Assembly: GCA_963575745.1 (NCBI GenBank) | Contig: CAUYUJ010000203.1 | Location: 496,001-560,000, forward strand | DNA length: 64,000 nucleotides | Direction of reading: 5' to 3' | DNA from: Prorocentrum cordatum | Taxonomy: Eukaryota | In this document: in pieces, positions 48,403-62,782 of the stretch | Layout of the letters: each line of letters starts with the position of its first letter | Numbering within the stretch: position 1 is the stretch's first letter | Program-made: the position numbers and the translations under genes | Notes under the pieces: generated by a model | Databases searched by the model: none | What the model was told of the DNA's origin: nothing | The model's input: the letters and a program-made list of their open reading frames with translations, nothing else

Positions 48403-50830
48403 TTATATAAATAGAAACTCAAAATCAGGCGCTGCCATATCTTTGGCGATCCTCAGCCTACGATCAAGTAAGACCTCGGACGGAGTCGACGAGACCCAAA
48501 AAGCTTGCACAGCACCCCACAGCAACGGACAAGACAAATAAGGTTTTTGCGTGTCGCACTCATTGGGGCAACCGAATTTACAGGGGATAATGATATGTCG
48601 AACCCTCCGCTCCGTCGTCCAACCCCCCACCACCGTCTTAATAGTCGAGGCCTGCCAGGAGGGCGGCAGGGCACTGAGACACTCTTTGAGCATCTTCCAG
48701 CTGCACGCAGCCTTGGCCTGGGGAGAAAGAGGCGCAGCAGTCCACGTCTCCATTCGCTTAAATATGGTGTCTCCTAGATTTCCCTGGAAAAGCTCAGCCT
48801 CCAGGTGCCTCGAGATCGTCCTTTGAACAGGGACGAGAGGACCCCCGTCCGCAGCCTGGAGCCTCTGCGCCTCACTGAGAGCATCCATGGCGAGAGCAAC
48901 AGGACGGGCAAGACGGCGGGAGGAGGAGAAGCCATCAGCAGCGGCAGCAAGCTCCTGGACGTATGATGGCTCGATCCAGCGCTCAGGCTCCCACTTGCCC
49001 TGGATCCACATCTTCATTGGCAACAATTCTCTCGCCGCCTGCTGCTGGGCCTTCCACAACGAACGCCAATTCGTGATCGTCTGTCTGGAAGTGCGCAGGA
49101 GAGCCGCGAGCGATTGAACAAGCATTGACTGCGGGCGAATCTTCGACCACTGTCGCAAGGCGAGCAGTTGAGATAGGGAAAAAAGAAGGCAGGGAGGTGG
49201 AGTATCTCATGGAGAGCCCACGACTCCCATCTCAGGACAGACTGTGGCATGCAAGAAAGCTGGGAAAGGTAGCCGAACTTCGACACAGCTCTCGAGTTGT
49301 ACAAAGTGACAGCGATCGAGGGGGCGGCCTTAGTCGCAGCTAACTCTTTGACAACCACAACCCACTCACGAAACGCACGACGCCACATCAACTCTCTCGG
49401 TGCTGCTGGGCCGATCCACGCCACAATATATTCCGCCGCTGAAACAATTGGCATCGCTGCCCATCTCGGGACGAGCTGGCTCAATATGCTCTGGACTTGC
49501 TCAGCTAGCTAGGAGGTGAGAGGGGCAGAGACAGGGATGATCTGGCACTTCGGAATTTTAAGCCAAAGGCCAGCAAGCAGACGCGCAGCATAAAATGTGC
49601 CCGACAATCTTGTTAGTGCCGCGAGCTCCCTCACCGCCACCCCCACATCATCCGCACAAACCCCCACCTCCGACCCAGGGTGCTTACGGAGCCTGCTGCG
49701 CATGTCCCGAATTAGAGGGTCCATCGCCAACGCCCACAAGCTGCCACTGGACGGGTCACCCTGCATCACTCCTGAGTCAATTTGGCAGAACGGGAGCAAC
49801 AACCCCTGAAGTGCAACACGAGCCGTCGCAAAGGCATAGGTGGCATGCGGGAAGAGGCGAAAACCTGCAGGAAGACCAGCCAGCTCTAGAACCCTCCAGA
49901 GAAACATATGGATCAGAGAGGGGAAAGCATTGCCAATGTCGAGGAGAAGGAGAAGAGGGAGGTTAGTAGCCGCCGAGGGGAGCATGCTGGCAATCCTAGC
50001 CGAGGACTCTAGCAGGGTTTGTTGTCAAGGAAGTTCCTTCCTGCCACAAATCCACGCTGGTCACTATGCAACTCCTTTGACAGGGTCGGCTTGAGACACT
50101 GATTGCATGCTGCTGACAAAATCTTGACGTCAGTGTTTTTGAGGGCCAAGGGTCTGGTAGTGGCAGGCTCGCGAACCACAAAGCTCGTATCTTTCACCTT
50201 CCTGCCCTTGGGAGCGAAAACCAGCAGCAAGCCATTTAATTCAGGAGGGGGAGGGAGTCCCGAAAAGAGTTCCAGAAGAAGACCGTGGAGCACAGGCACA
50301 GCTAACTTCGCACTCTTCCACGCCGGGTACGGTAGCCCATCAGGGCCAGGGGCCGTAGGAGAGGCATGCATGAGCGCATTGCGCAGCTGCTCCTCTGACG
50401 GTGACTTCAGATCTGACCATTCGAACTGCGTTACATGCGTAGACAGATACGCATCTAAATGCTTAAACGGGGCTGACTTCGGCGCAAATGCGGGGGCCCA
50501 GTGCTCTCTGAGGGCTTCTTTCACGAGGAGAGGAGAGGAGAGGAGAGGAGAGGGTCACACCCGAGGGGTCAACAAGGCCCTGGAGGGGGAGAGTCTTTCC
50601 TTTCGGAACCCAGAGCTTCCCCCGTCGCCGTTCAGCCTTCATAAATGCACGCAGCCTCTTGCGTTCCAGAAAGGGTGTCGACTCAGCCTGGACCTCTTCC
50701 TGGGCCCTGGCGAGACGGCTGGCAAGCACTTCTTGCTGCAACTGTTCATACTGCCTACGAAAGTGTATTGGGTCAATCAGAGAGACCGCGGTGACAGGGC
50801 CCTCTTCAAGCCTCATGAGGTCCTTCGCAA
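48403..50830 (-). mobile_element. decayed non-LTR retrotransposon reverse transcriptase (intronic)
   Basis: TAPGPDGLPY; FAPKG; RPLALKNTDVKIL; DQRGFVAGRNFLDN; LLLDIGNAFPSL; SGVMQGDPSSGSL; CADDVG; C-terminal CKFGC..YLSCPLLW. Contains frameshifts and stops. Confidence 0.95.
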
Positions 50831-53800
50831 TAGCAGCTTTGGACAGCAGTTTCCGTCCTCCTCCTCCTCCTCCTCCTCCTTCTCCTTCTCCCTCTCCTCC
50901 CCCTCCTCATCCTCAAGCACTCGATCCTCCTGTCCTTCCTGCTCCAGGGCGACGGAATCGATGCACATCCACGGGAGGCATATACGCCAATCCTGGGCCC
51001 AAGGTGGGCCTGACCAGAGTCGTGAACAGAATTCACGGCGGGAGGTGTTGTCCCACTTTCACACTTTAGGGGCCGTTGCAGGGCCCCAGACGCGGCGAAA
51101 CGCGACTCGAGACAGAAAAGACCTTTGGGGTATGAGATGCGACAAAATCGCGACGTCAGGTTCTGGGTTCTGGGGACAGAGAAATGGCCCGAAAGGCGGT
51201 GGCGACGAGGAGAGAGAGAGAGAGGAGGAGGAGGTAATGGAGGAGGAGGAGGAGGAGGAGGAGGAGGAAGAGGAGGAGGAAGAGGAGAGGGAGAAGGAGG
51301 AGGAGCAGGAGGAGGAGAGGAGGAGGAGGAGGAGGTGGAGGAGGAGGTGGGAGGAGCAGCGGAAGGGAGAGGAAGGAGGGCGCGCATCGGGAAAAAGGAG
51401 AAGCACGGGCAGGGAAAAGGAGGAGGAGGAGGAGGAGGCGGAGGAGGAGGAGGAGGAGGAGGAGAGGAGGAGGAGGAGGAGGGAGGAGGAGGAGGGAAGG
51501 AGGAGGAGGAGGAGGAGGAGGAGGAGGAGGATGCGGAAGGGAGGATCGAGAGGCGAAAGGGAGGATGATGAGGAGGAGCAATAGGATGGGGACGGAGAAG
51601 ATGGGGCCCAGGACCCACTCTACAGCCTCCAATGCAATCGGCGGACAAGGTCCGTGTGCCTCAGGCTGCCGCGCGGGAAGATCTCGAACGTCCATCGAGG
51701 CACCGCCCTGCCAAGATCCGACTTGCCGCAGGAGAGCGGCGAGGAGGACAAGCAGGTCCAGCAACTGATCGGCGGCCAATTCCCGCGTGGGGCCTTGTGG
51801 CGCGTGCAGGTTTCAAACGTTCATCGAGGCACCGCCCTGCCAAGATCTGCCCTGCCGCAGGAGGGCAGCGCGGCTGACAAACTGGGCTGGCGGCTGAGCG
51901 GCCCCCCTGTTCCATCGGAACGAGGAGGCGTTCTGAGAAAATGCGTGCCACTCTCTCGTCTTCTTTCCTCCTCGCACGTATAGCCATGGCGTGGCCAAAC
52001 GGTCCACTCATCAGCAGGCGCCTCGGAACAACATTTGCACTCTCTCTCTCTCTCCCTCTCTCTCTTTCTCTCTCTCTTTTTGTTTTCTCTCTCTGTCTCT
52101 CTCCCTCTGGCGTCAGACAGGAATCCGCTCAGGATGAGTCCCCAGTTGGTTGCCTCTAGGACAGCTCCCCTGACAGCACTTCCCTCGAGCAGCATTCGGC
52201 CACGGCGAGGGCACGGGAGATGTGGGATGGTCGGAGGGAAAGGGGCGCTGCGAGGCGAGGCTCCGACAGGCGTCCACAAAGGTGGCCCTGTGAGAGCGTT
52301 GCGATTGGGCTGGATCCCAGTATACACTTCGGTTCCCCGTATGATTCGTGCGCGGGAAAGCATGCGGACGAAGAGGGCGGCTGACGACGACGACGACGAC
52401 GACTCCGACAGTGGCGGCGACGACGACGACGACGTCGACGACGACGAAGAGCAAGGATGGGAAGGGAAGAGGAGGAGGGTATGGCCAAAGAAAGCAGCGA
52501 ACGAGACTCAAGGAAAGGGCACACGAGATCCGCGGGTCTCGGGGGCTCCTCCTCCAACCGCCGGTGGTAGCCGTACGCCACGTGGCCGAGCCTTGGCGGG
52601 GGGGTGGCGGCGGTCGCTGAGTGACCCAGCATGGGAGACCCCGAATCCCCCCTCTCCCCTTGACCTCCCCCGCTTCCTCCTCCCGTCGTCGTGTTCGTCG
52701 TCGTGTTCGTGGTCGTCGTCGTCGCCGTCGTCGCGCATCGTCATCGTCATCCCGGAGACGGCAGGCGATGGCTGAGAATCGCAAGCCCCCGCCTGCAGCC
52801 GAAGCAAGCGCGGCCGCGAGGGGGCGCTGCGGGACACGAGCAACAAAGGCAGAGGCAGCGGTGCCGAGCGCGCGTCGCTGGCGCGCGCCGGCACCGACCT
52901 CTCTGGGCCGCCTGCTTCTGAGCAGCATCACGGCCGCGCTCCCCGGGTGTCTGCTCTTCCCGGGCCGCCCGGTGGAGCGAGGCAGTGCTGCCGTGGAGTA
53001 GCGCTCCCGCACGGGGGCGCTGCCGGGCAGGCGCCCGCGCGCCCGCAGCAAAGAAGGGCGTACTTCGCACGCCGAGCACACGCACTGGGTTGCCACCGGT
53101 CGGTGCGGCGGGAGCCTGCACGGCTCAGGCCCGCGCGAGGAGCCTCTGTTCCGATGCCCGTGGCGTGGGAACATATGCACAGGTACGCACATATCTCTCC
53201 GACCGTGGCATCTCACACACCTCTCCCTCTCTGTCCGTTTTCTGTCTCCCTTTCCGTGCTCACCGCATTCCCGTCTCTCCCACTCGTCGTTCCCATGATC
53301 GCTCTCCTTCTCCCACTCGCTCGCTCTCTCCCTCTCTCTCTCTATCCATCTCTCTGTTTCCTTCCTCTCTCCCTCTCTCGCAAAGAATTCCTCACATGGA
53401 ACACGGATGCTCGTCTCCGAACGCCCGCTACAATCATTACGCACACGGCACCACGCCGCCCTGGACGTCACTTCATGTCTACCACGAGGAACCTTACCCT
53501 TGCTCCGCGTTCGCCCCGCTAGGTAATGACGCTGCCACCGCAACCTATTACACGACCGTGCAGACGCACATGCATCCACCACCGCACGCTCGCAGCGGAA
53601 GGAGCGCGTCGATCCCGAATTCCGGCACCGGGCCTGCACGTGATCTCCCGCGTCGCACACCGAGCGCGCCACTCCCACGCAGCTGGGGACGAGGAGGGCC
53701 TCTGCAGCCCGCCCGCCTCCGGGCGCGCCCCCCCCAAAGACTCCCAGGGCCCGGCCTCCAGGGCCCGCCTGTGAGGCCGCGCGCCTGTGAGCGGACTGCC

Positions 53801-54810
53801 CTGCAGCCCCGCAGTGTTCCCAAGGCCGCCTCCGCGCGGTGAGCCTCGGAGGACGCCCGTCGGGACCCCCCCCCACAGAACTCCTCGCCCCCTCCCCCCT
53901 TGCCCCATCCTCTCCTCGTCCCTCCCCCCTTCCCCCTCCTCCTCTCCGTCTTCCCCCCCCCCAATCCCTGCCTCCTTCACAAATAAGCAATATGAATCGT
54001 ACTCTCCCTGCTCCCCTGAAGTTGTCCGGAAGATCTCCCACCCCCTCCGCGCGTATTCAATTACACCCGTGACTTTACACATTGATGTGTCTCATGATGT
54101 TTCTTATGGATTGTTACAATCCGATTGTTTTCGGTGTTTCAAAACGGTGCTCCCGCTGCAGCGTTGGCCTCATCTTCGGATAGGCGCTTTGCTCCCGTCG
54201 TTCAGAATTGGCGCTAACGCGGACCACTTTTCTGAATCCGAGCCTTGCGTCATTGTGGTCCTCCCTCGTTCTCCCTCCTCCGCCTTTCCCTGGTACCCTT
54301 GTTCCTCCCGCTCCTTCCACTCCAGATCCTGTTGCTGCTGTTCGTCTCGCCCCAGCGCGGGCAACTTTTCAGCAACCGAAACTTTCTTCATCATTGTCGC
54401 CCCCCTCTAATCCCCTCCTCCGCCTTCCCCTGATTATCCTTTTCCTCCCGATCCGTCCGCTTTAATCCCTGCTGCTGTTGTTCGTCCTCATCCTTTTCCT
54501 CCCGCTCATCCTCCTGCTCACCCACCCATTGTCTTCCTGTGCACGCAGCTCCCATTTTTCCGGTTGCGCATGACACGACGTGGCCTTCTGTGGGTCACAG
54601 GTCAGCTATGCCACGCGTCCCCGGATAGAGACAGATCGGCGCCATGGGAAAGGGATGGGAGGGAGGGATAGGATGTCAGACGAGGCGCGAGCGCACCTAG
54701 CTTGCCCTCTCCCCCTCCCCATAGCCTCCCTCCCGTGCCCTTCACTCCCTTTTGTCCGCTCCCCCTTCACCTCGCCGCCTTCCAATATTCTCTGTTGCCT
54801 TTCATCTTTT

Positions 54811-54841
<31 letters not shown>

Positions 54842-55083
54842 CTCTCTTTCTCTCCCCTTCCCCCCGGCCGTTCCCCTGACATGCTTCCACTGTCCCTTCT
54901 CTCCCCTTCCTCCCAACTCTCCTCTCCCGATCCACCCGCTTTTCATCACCTCTTCTTTTCCTCTCCCCACCAACCTTCTGTCCCCATCCCATTCCCCTCC
55001 TCGTCGTCATCCTCCTCCTCCTCCTCCTCCTCCTCCTCCTTCGCTCCTCTCTGGTTTTGCTCCCCCCCGCCCCCACGGGGCCC

Positions 55084-55134
55084 CAGCGACAGCACAGTGG
55101 CCGCGAAGAAGGCGAAGAACGGGAGCATGGGCAC
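55084..55134 (-). CDS. PqiA-family gene exon (~51 bp)
   Basis: cttcag|VPMLPFFAFFAATVLSL|gg; in frame with the upstream exon. Confidence 0.8.
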
Positions 55135-55771
55135 CTGAAGGTGACCCGTGGGAAAGGAGGAGAGCAAGAGGACGAGGCCAAGGACGAGGAAGTGGGCAGC
55201 TGCTTCTTCTGGGTGGGCTGCGAAGAATGCACCCTCGTGGCCACGGCTAGATCCGCCTCGAGGTCCAGGACAGGTCCCGGGGTTGGTGTCAAGGAGGAGG
55301 AACCTGGATTTGTTTTCATATCAATGGCCGATGACCAAATCTGGACAGGGCAAAATAAGACTGGCCCGACTGAGACCCCACTTTTCTTGGGGTGGAGGCC
55401 TTTGTCGAGCCGTCTCCAGACCTCGCTTTTGTGAAGCTAAGCGAAAGACTTGCACAGCGTTGGAAGATTTGCGAGGCGCCCACCCGGGGTGAAACAGCCG
55501 CACCCCTGTCAAATGCAGAAGGAGGGAAGAGGAGGAGAAGGCGGAAAACGAGGGGGGGGGGAAAGAGGGAGAGGACCAGCGCGAATCAAAGATCCACCAA
55601 CGATGCTAAACTGCACCCTCCTCATAAGCCTCTGCTGGTACCTCCTTCCATCGCGGGAAGCGCCACCCTTGACAGACGAACGTCCTATGGGCCTGCCATT
55701 TCGCGAGCCAAGCGCCCTGTCCACGCATGCCCCAACCCTCCTCCACCTGCTCCTCCTCGGCGGGGCGCGAC

Positions 55772-55823
55772 CGGGTCCACCACGAAGCTGGCATCCGCGG
55801 TCGTGCTGTGCCAGCTCAGCCGC
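55772..55823 (-). CDS. PqiA-family gene exon (52 bp)
   Basis: tgcag|G RLSWHSTTADASFVVDP|gt; phases match both neighbours. Confidence 0.8.
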
Positions 55824-56837
55824 CTGCACAGACGGGCCACCCCTGCTCGAGTCCTCCTCTTCCTCCTCCTCAGCATCACCCTCAGCTCCTCCTTCTCCTC
55901 CTCCGCCCCCGCCTCCTTAGCAACATCCTCATCATCATCAGCATCATCAGCATCATCCTGACTCTTTCCGCACCATACTCAGCATTATCCTCCTCCTCCT
56001 CCTCCTCCTCCTCCTGCTCCTCCTCCTCCTCCTCCTACTCCTCAAAACCATCATCCTCAACATCGCCCTCCCTCTCTACGACGCCGCTGGTGCCCTTTCC
56101 AACAACTCGCGGGCGAGGGTCTTCGGAAAGGCGCCGTGTGCCCGCATCGAACCTGCGGTCGGGCAGGGCGGGCTGGGCTTCTGGACAGTGGCAGACACAC
56201 ACCGCGCGGACGCTGCCCCCGTCGCGCCCAGGCCTGCCACCCCGGGCACCCCGCGCCAGGAGGCACCCGGACCACTAGGGTTCCCGGGCAGGGCCGCGAC
56301 CCGCTGCCGCGCGCGGCCGTCGACCCGCTGGCCTCCGACGCTGCCTGGCGCGAGCGCGCGCTGGGGCGAGGACGCCGCCGTCGGCACCACGCAGACCGAA
56401 CTCAGCGAGGCCATCGACGCCATCGACGCCCGTTATTGGAGGGGGGCCGCCGAGGTCGTGAGGAGTGCGCGCCAGCGCACTCCAGCCCCAATGGCGGCGA
56501 GCAGGAGCACCGGTTTGGGCATCCAGTGCAAAAGCTCACTGTTTTGGGTCCACGCTGGCAAACGCATGGATAAACTTCTGGGGAGCAGCCCTGGGACGGT
56601 ATCATGTTCTGCAACATCGTCGATGAATCCTGGGCTCTTTCTTTTCATCCTCAGCGCGATCATCCTCCTCACCAGCCAACGTTCCTAGCCCCAATCCTGA
56701 TTACGCGTCTGCTCCTGCTCGTGCTGATACTGCCACTCATCGTTCTGCACCCGCACTGCTCCTCGTGCTTGTGCTGCGCCTCTTCCCCCTCTTCCTCCAA
56801 CTCCTGTTCCTGCTCCTGCTCCTGCTCCTTCTCCTCC

Positions 56838-56838
56838 G

Positions 56839-56913
<75 letters not shown>

Positions 56914-56914
56914 G

Positions 56915-57001
<87 letters not shown>

Positions 57002-57563
57002 TTTTTCATAATCATCATCATCATCACCATCATCACCATCATCATTATCATCAGCATCAGCATCAGCATCAGCATCAGCATCAACACCAGCTTCTTCATC
57101 AGCATCACAATCACCATCACCATCACCATCACCACCATCACCACCATCATCATCATCATCATCGTCATCATCATCATCATCAGCATCATCATTTGTATCC
57201 TTACAATCAGAAACATGAACATCATCCTGCTCCTCATCATCATCATGCTCATCATCACCATCATCAGCGTCATCGTCATGATCATCAGCATCACCATTAT
57301 CATCATCAGCAGCACCAGCATCAACATCATCACCACCACCATCACCATCATTATCGTTATCATCATCATCATGAGCATCACCAGAAACATACTCAAAATC
57401 AGCAGCGACATCAACATTAACATCAATGTCATCATCAGCATGATCCGCATCATCACCATGACCATCATCATCATCATCATCATCAGAATCATCATCCTCA
57501 GCATCAGCATCATCATCCTCATCAGAATCATCACCATCAATATCGTCAGGATAGTCGTCCCAG

Positions 57564-57596
<33 letters not shown>

Positions 57597-57597
57597 T

Positions 57598-57641
<44 letters not shown>

Positions 57642-58260
57642 TAGCAGCATTGTCATCACGATCACCATCATCAGCATCAGCTTCATCATCACCATGACTA
57701 TCATCCTCACTCGCTTAATCGCCGTCATCATCATAATAATAATCATCATCATCACCATCAGCATCAGCATCACCATCATCATCATCACCATCATCATCAT
57801 TATCATCATCACCATACTCATCATCATCATCATCATCATCATCATCGTCATCATCCTCAATATCAGCATCATCATGCTCATCATCAGCATCGTCGTCGGC
57901 GTCATCAGCATCGTCCTCATCAGCACCTTCATCCACATCCTCCTCAGGCTCATCCTGGTCCCCATCCTCATCCTCATACTGATCATCCTCCTCATCACCA
58001 TCACCATCATCATGATCAGCACAATCATCATCCTCATCATCATCCTGGTCCCCATTCTCCTCATCCTCATCCTCATCATCATCCTCATCTTCCTCCGGAT
58101 CAGCATCATGAATGCCATAACCATCGCCAGTTTCATCATCGACATAACCATCATCGTCGTGGTCACCATCAGCATGATCATCATCCTCAAAATCATCATC
58201 AGCATCATCATCATCACCATCATCATCAGCATCATAATCAGCATCATCATCAACATCATC
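56838..58260. repeat. intronic (CAT)n-derived tract
   Basis: Direct reading. Confidence 0.95.
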
Positions 58261-58372
58261 CCCTCCTCCTCTTCTTCTCCTCCTTCCTCCCCCCTCCCCG
58301 CAACTCCTGCGCTCCCTCCCGCTCTGAGCTCCTCCCCGCCGTTGCCCCCCCAGGACCATCCCCCCGGGCTGC

Positions 58373-58417
58373 CTGTACGACGCCAGCGACAGGATGCCGA
58401 GCCAGGAGTCCACGAGA
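58373..58417 (-). CDS. PqiA-family gene exon (45 bp)
   Basis: cag|T LVDSWLGILSLASY AG|gc; completes GKYSLVDSWL (PqiA GxWSxxD motif). Confidence 0.85.
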
Positions 58418-59043
58418 CTGCCGGCCGCGCGACCAGCATCCCACAGCCATCTCCCCCACCCCCGCAAGGAGTACTCGCCAGTACTCGCAGAGCGCCGGGG
58501 CAACACCCGGGTGTTCTCCTCCTCCTCCTCCTCCTCATCCTCATCCTCCTGCCTTCCCGCCTTTCTGCTCGCCTCCTCACAGTCCTCCTCCTCCCCCTCC
58601 TCCTCCTCCTCCTCCTCCTCCTCCTCCTCCTCCTCCTCATCGTTACCCTGCTCATCCTCCGAGGGCTTCCCACCCCGCCCTCCTGCCACGACGGCGGCAG
58701 CAACCCACTCCTCCTGCTGCTGCGCCTGCTCTTGCTCTGCGCTCCCGCTCGTCCCCCCCCCCCCCTCCGCCTGCCGACTCGTCGTTCCCCTGTGCCCCAA
58801 CTTCTCTACTCCCTTTGCCCTGCCCCCTGCCCCCTCACCCTTTGCCCTGCCCCCTGCCCTGCAGCTTTCCTCCCACCCTCCTGATCCGCTCCATCCTCCT
58901 ACTCATCTTCAGTCTGTTCCTCGTCCCTCCTCACCGTCCACTTCCTATCCTCCTCCTCCTCCTCCTCCTCCTCCTCCGCCTTCTCATCCTCCTCCGCCTC
59001 CGCCTCCCTCCCTCCTCCTCCTCCTCCTCCTCCTCCTCCTCCT

Positions 59044-59650
59044 CCTCCACGTCATCATCATCATCATCATCATCGTCATCATCATCATCATCATCATCAT
59101 CATCAGCATCAGCATCAGCATCAGCATCACCATCATCATCATAGTCATCAGTATCATCAGCAGCACCAGCATCAGCATCAGTATCATCATCAGCATCATC
59201 ACCATCATCATCAGCAGCAGCAGCTGCAGCATCATCATCTGCATCATCATCGACAACATCATCAACAGCAACGAACACAACGCCATAGTCATCAGCATCA
59301 ACATCAGCATCAGCATCATCATCATGATTATCGTCATCGTCCACCTCCACGTCATCATCATCATCATCATCGTCATCATCATCATCATCATCATCAGCAT
59401 CATCATCATCATCATCATCATCGTCAGCATCAGCATCACAATCATCATCATAGTCATGATTATCATCAGCAGCACCAGCATCAGCATCAGCATCATCATC
59501 AGCATCATCACAATCATCATCAGCAGCAGCAGCTGCAGCATCATCATCTGCATCATCATCGACAACATCATCAACAGCAACGATAACAACGCCATAGTCA
59601 TCAGCATCAACATCAGCATCAGCATCATCATCATGATTATCGTCGTCGTC
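59044..59650. repeat. tandem duplication (~300 bp x2) of a degenerate CAT tract
   Basis: Both halves start cctccacgtcatc and share agcagctgcagcatcatcatctgcatcatcatcgacaac...acaacgccatagtc. Confidence 0.9.
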
Positions 59651-60351
59651 ATCATCACCACCACCATCACCATCATCACCATCAACATCATCACCATCAT
59701 CACCAGTTGCAGAAACAGCCATAGCATCAGCAGCAACACTCATTTTAAGACTGTTCGCTCTCATACGCGTGCGTGTCAATCAACACGTGTGTGCCTGAAC
59801 CCTGGATACCCGCCCTCTTCGTCTTTGATCGTATCCATTTTAGTGGGGATGTCTTTCTTCCCTGCCACGTGTAATTGGCAGAAGTACTGTAAAAGGGAGA
59901 GCGAGGAGGAGGGGAGTAGGGGAATGGAGGTAGGAGGGAAGGGGGATATAGGGAGGGAGGGAGAAGGCGGAGGACGTTGCCCCTTCAGGGAACACCCTTA
60001 AACGGGAGGGGGCCACCGAGGGCTGCAAAGGGGCCAGGAAGGGCAGCGAGAGGGCCACGAAAAGCTACATCGGGGCCACGAAGGTCAGCGAGGAGGCCAC
60101 GAAGGGCGACCGCGTGGCCACGACTGGCATCCAGGGGATCAAATAGCGGGGCCACGAAAAGCATCGAGGAGGCCACGAAGGCAGCGGCGGGGCCTTCAAA
60201 TCCGACTGCGCAATCGCGAGGGGCAGCGAGGGGCATCAGAACCGGCGAAACGCAGAAAGGGGCGACGGCGGGCCTTACCGGGCGGGTCGGCACGCCACGC
60301 ACCAAGGGCCCCTCCAGCGGAGGGCCACTCTTTTGGCCGGAACGAGTCGAA

Positions 60352-61000
60352 GCCTCCTGGATGGGGTCCGGGCAGACGAGGTCGAAGGATCGCGCCACAT
60401 CGCTAATGCATCGGCGACGCATCGGCGATGCCTGGGCGACGTCGGAGAGGCATCGACGCCATCGGCGTGGAGAAAGACGGGCTCCACGTCGAGCAGCATC
60501 GTCGATGTATCGGCAATGCGGCACGATCCTCCGACCCCATCTACTCCGACCCCATCTGGGAGGCCCAAATCTTTAGGCCTGAACGAAGGGGGCCTGGACC
60601 TGGGGGGCCTTCCCGAGGACCAGTTCTTCATCCTGAGCCGCTTTCTGACTGGACTGGGGCCTTCGGAGGGATCCTACGGCCGACAACGGCGAAAAACAAC
60701 GTAAGACCCGTTTCCCTCAGGTCCTGGTTGCTTTACGGCGAACTCTTCTGTTACAGGCCTCCCAGATGCTGTCGGAGGATCGCGCCGCATCGCCGATACA
60801 TCGGCGATGCATCGGCGATGCATTGGAAATGCAACGGCGATGCATCGGAGATGCAACGGCGATGCATCGGCGACGCCGGCGATGCAGCGGCGACGTCCAC
60901 GTGGAGAAGATCGAGCTCCACATCGAGCCGTATCGTCGATGCATCGGCGATGCGGCGCGATCCTCCGACCCCATCTACTCGGACCCCATCCAAGAGGCCT
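60352..61000. mobile_element. two MITE-like foldback copies (60352-60565, 60755-61000)
   Basis: TIRs of type GGCCTCC(C/T)(A/G)GATGGGGTC...; internal catcggcgatg repeats; homologous to 28075-28240. Confidence 0.8.
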
Positions 61001-61061
61001 AGATCTGTACAACCGAGAACAAGCAAGCCAGATCATGGCTGGAGCGCCGTGACGGGGTCGC

Positions 61062-61108
61062 CTGTACTTGCCGTACTCGTCAAGCAGGCCGAGGACCCTG
61101 CCTCGCAC
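61062..61108 (-). CDS. PqiA-family gene exon (47 bp)
   Basis: tgcag|VRGRVLGLLDEYGKY AG|gc. Confidence 0.85.
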
Positions 61109-62782
61109 CTGCATGGGCTGGCGCGAGAGAAGCGAGTGACAATCGCAGGCGGAACCCTCCTCCTCGTTCTCCTCTGGTTGGTCCTCCCCCTCCTTCGCCT
61201 CCTCCAATTTCTTCGCCCATTCCTCCTGCTCGTCAATGTCTCCATCAATTCCGTCCTCCTCCTCAACCTCATCTTGCTTGTGGTAATCCTTTTCTTCCTC
61301 ATCCTGCCCTCTTCCCAAAACGTTAATTCCTGTTCGCATTTCTCCTTTTACTCCTCTTCCTCCTCCTCCTCCTTCTCCTCCTCCGCTCCCTACATTACAG
61401 CTTACTCTCTTCTGGTTTGCCCCATATCATCCATTATCTATCCTCCATGGCCCTTCCCTCATCAAATATTCCCCATCGTAAACTAACCATCCTCCTCAAC
61501 ATCCTCGTCCATCCGTGTCCGTCTGCAATCTGTTGAGCCAGATGTCGGTGGCATTCGAAGCACCTTTCCCGAGGTTGCTGTCCACGGACGAGAGGAACGG
61601 CAGGCAAGGAAAAGGGCTGGAGGGAGGTGACAGAGGCACGGAATGGCCCAGGAGGCAAAGATCGGATGATGCCAACAAAATCCGACACCGATACCCTTGG
61701 GTCAGGATCAGTGCATGGCCCTTCTGGCCTGGCCAGGAAGACACGCACACACACACACACATTCACACCGATCTTGAGCCCAAGATCGGCCTGGCAAGAA
61801 CCGGTGCACATGTACAGTTGAAGCCCTCCGAGAGGAGGCCTGGCGGTCCTGTCCCCTGCTGCAGACCCTCCTTCTCCTCCTCCTCCTCCTCCTCCTCCTC
61901 CTCCTCCTCCTCCTCCTCCTCCTCCCCCTCCCCCTCCACCTCCGCCTCCTCCTCCTCCTTCTCCTCCTCCTCCTCCTCCGCCTCCTCCTCCTCCTGCCAA
62001 AGGCCAGCAAGAAGCAGCCGGAGGGGTCAGACGCCCCCGCCCGTGGCAATGCCGAGGGCCAGGAATGGGATGCTCATCTGTGGCAGGGGACAGAGAAAAA
62101 GTACAGAACGGGACAATGAAGACACAAGAGGGGACAGAGAACAGCTAGAGGAAGGCATGGCGGAGGAAGCGGGGGGATGATTTTGGACGGAGGAAGCGGG
62201 GGATTGAATGTGAAGATGGAGGTAGGGGAACCACCACCACCACCACCGCAACCCACAACCACCACCACCACAAACCACCAACACACCACCACCAAACCAC
62301 CACCACCACCACCACCACCACCACCACCACCACCACCACCACCACCACCACCCATCACCACAACCACCACCACCACCACCACAACAAACCACCTCACCAC
62401 CACCACCACCACAACCACCACCACGGCCACCACCACCACCACAACCCACAAGCACCACCACCACCGTCGTCCGCGTCGACGCTCCCCGCCGCTGCCGCCC
62501 GCCGCCGCAGGCGCCGGCGCCGGCCCAGAAAAGGAAATCGCCGTCCCCGCCGCCGCCGCCGCCCGCCGCCGCAGGCGCTGGCCCGAGGAGAGGGAGAGAA
62601 GAAAAGTAAGTAGGGGAAGAGGGGGGGGGTCGAACCCCCCCCCTCCGTCGCGGGAAGGGAGGGGGGGGGGTTCTAAACCCGCCCCTCTCCATCCAGGGGG
62701 GGGTGGGTCCGGTTCCAACCCCCCCCCCTCCAAGCGACCACAGAACGCGCACCTTCCTACACTTTGACAATACATTTGACGT

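Noticed and set aside
51685..51863. Two ~47-bp direct repeats (aacgt.catcgaggcaccgccctgccaagatc)
   Set aside because: A small local duplication with no associated structure.
52890..53830. Candidate missing PqiA exons (ALLHGSTASLHRAA; HRRALEAG)
   Set aside because: The peptides are plausible, but splice sites and phase could not be fixed.
56737..60001. Long poly-Ile/Met/Asp/His ORFs (also 10892-11731, 40864-41752)
   Set aside because: These are translations of triplet microsatellites.
61531..61795. SL-like GGCTCAA motifs on the minus strand
   Set aside because: Only the 3' 7-8 nt match and no downstream ORF is evident.
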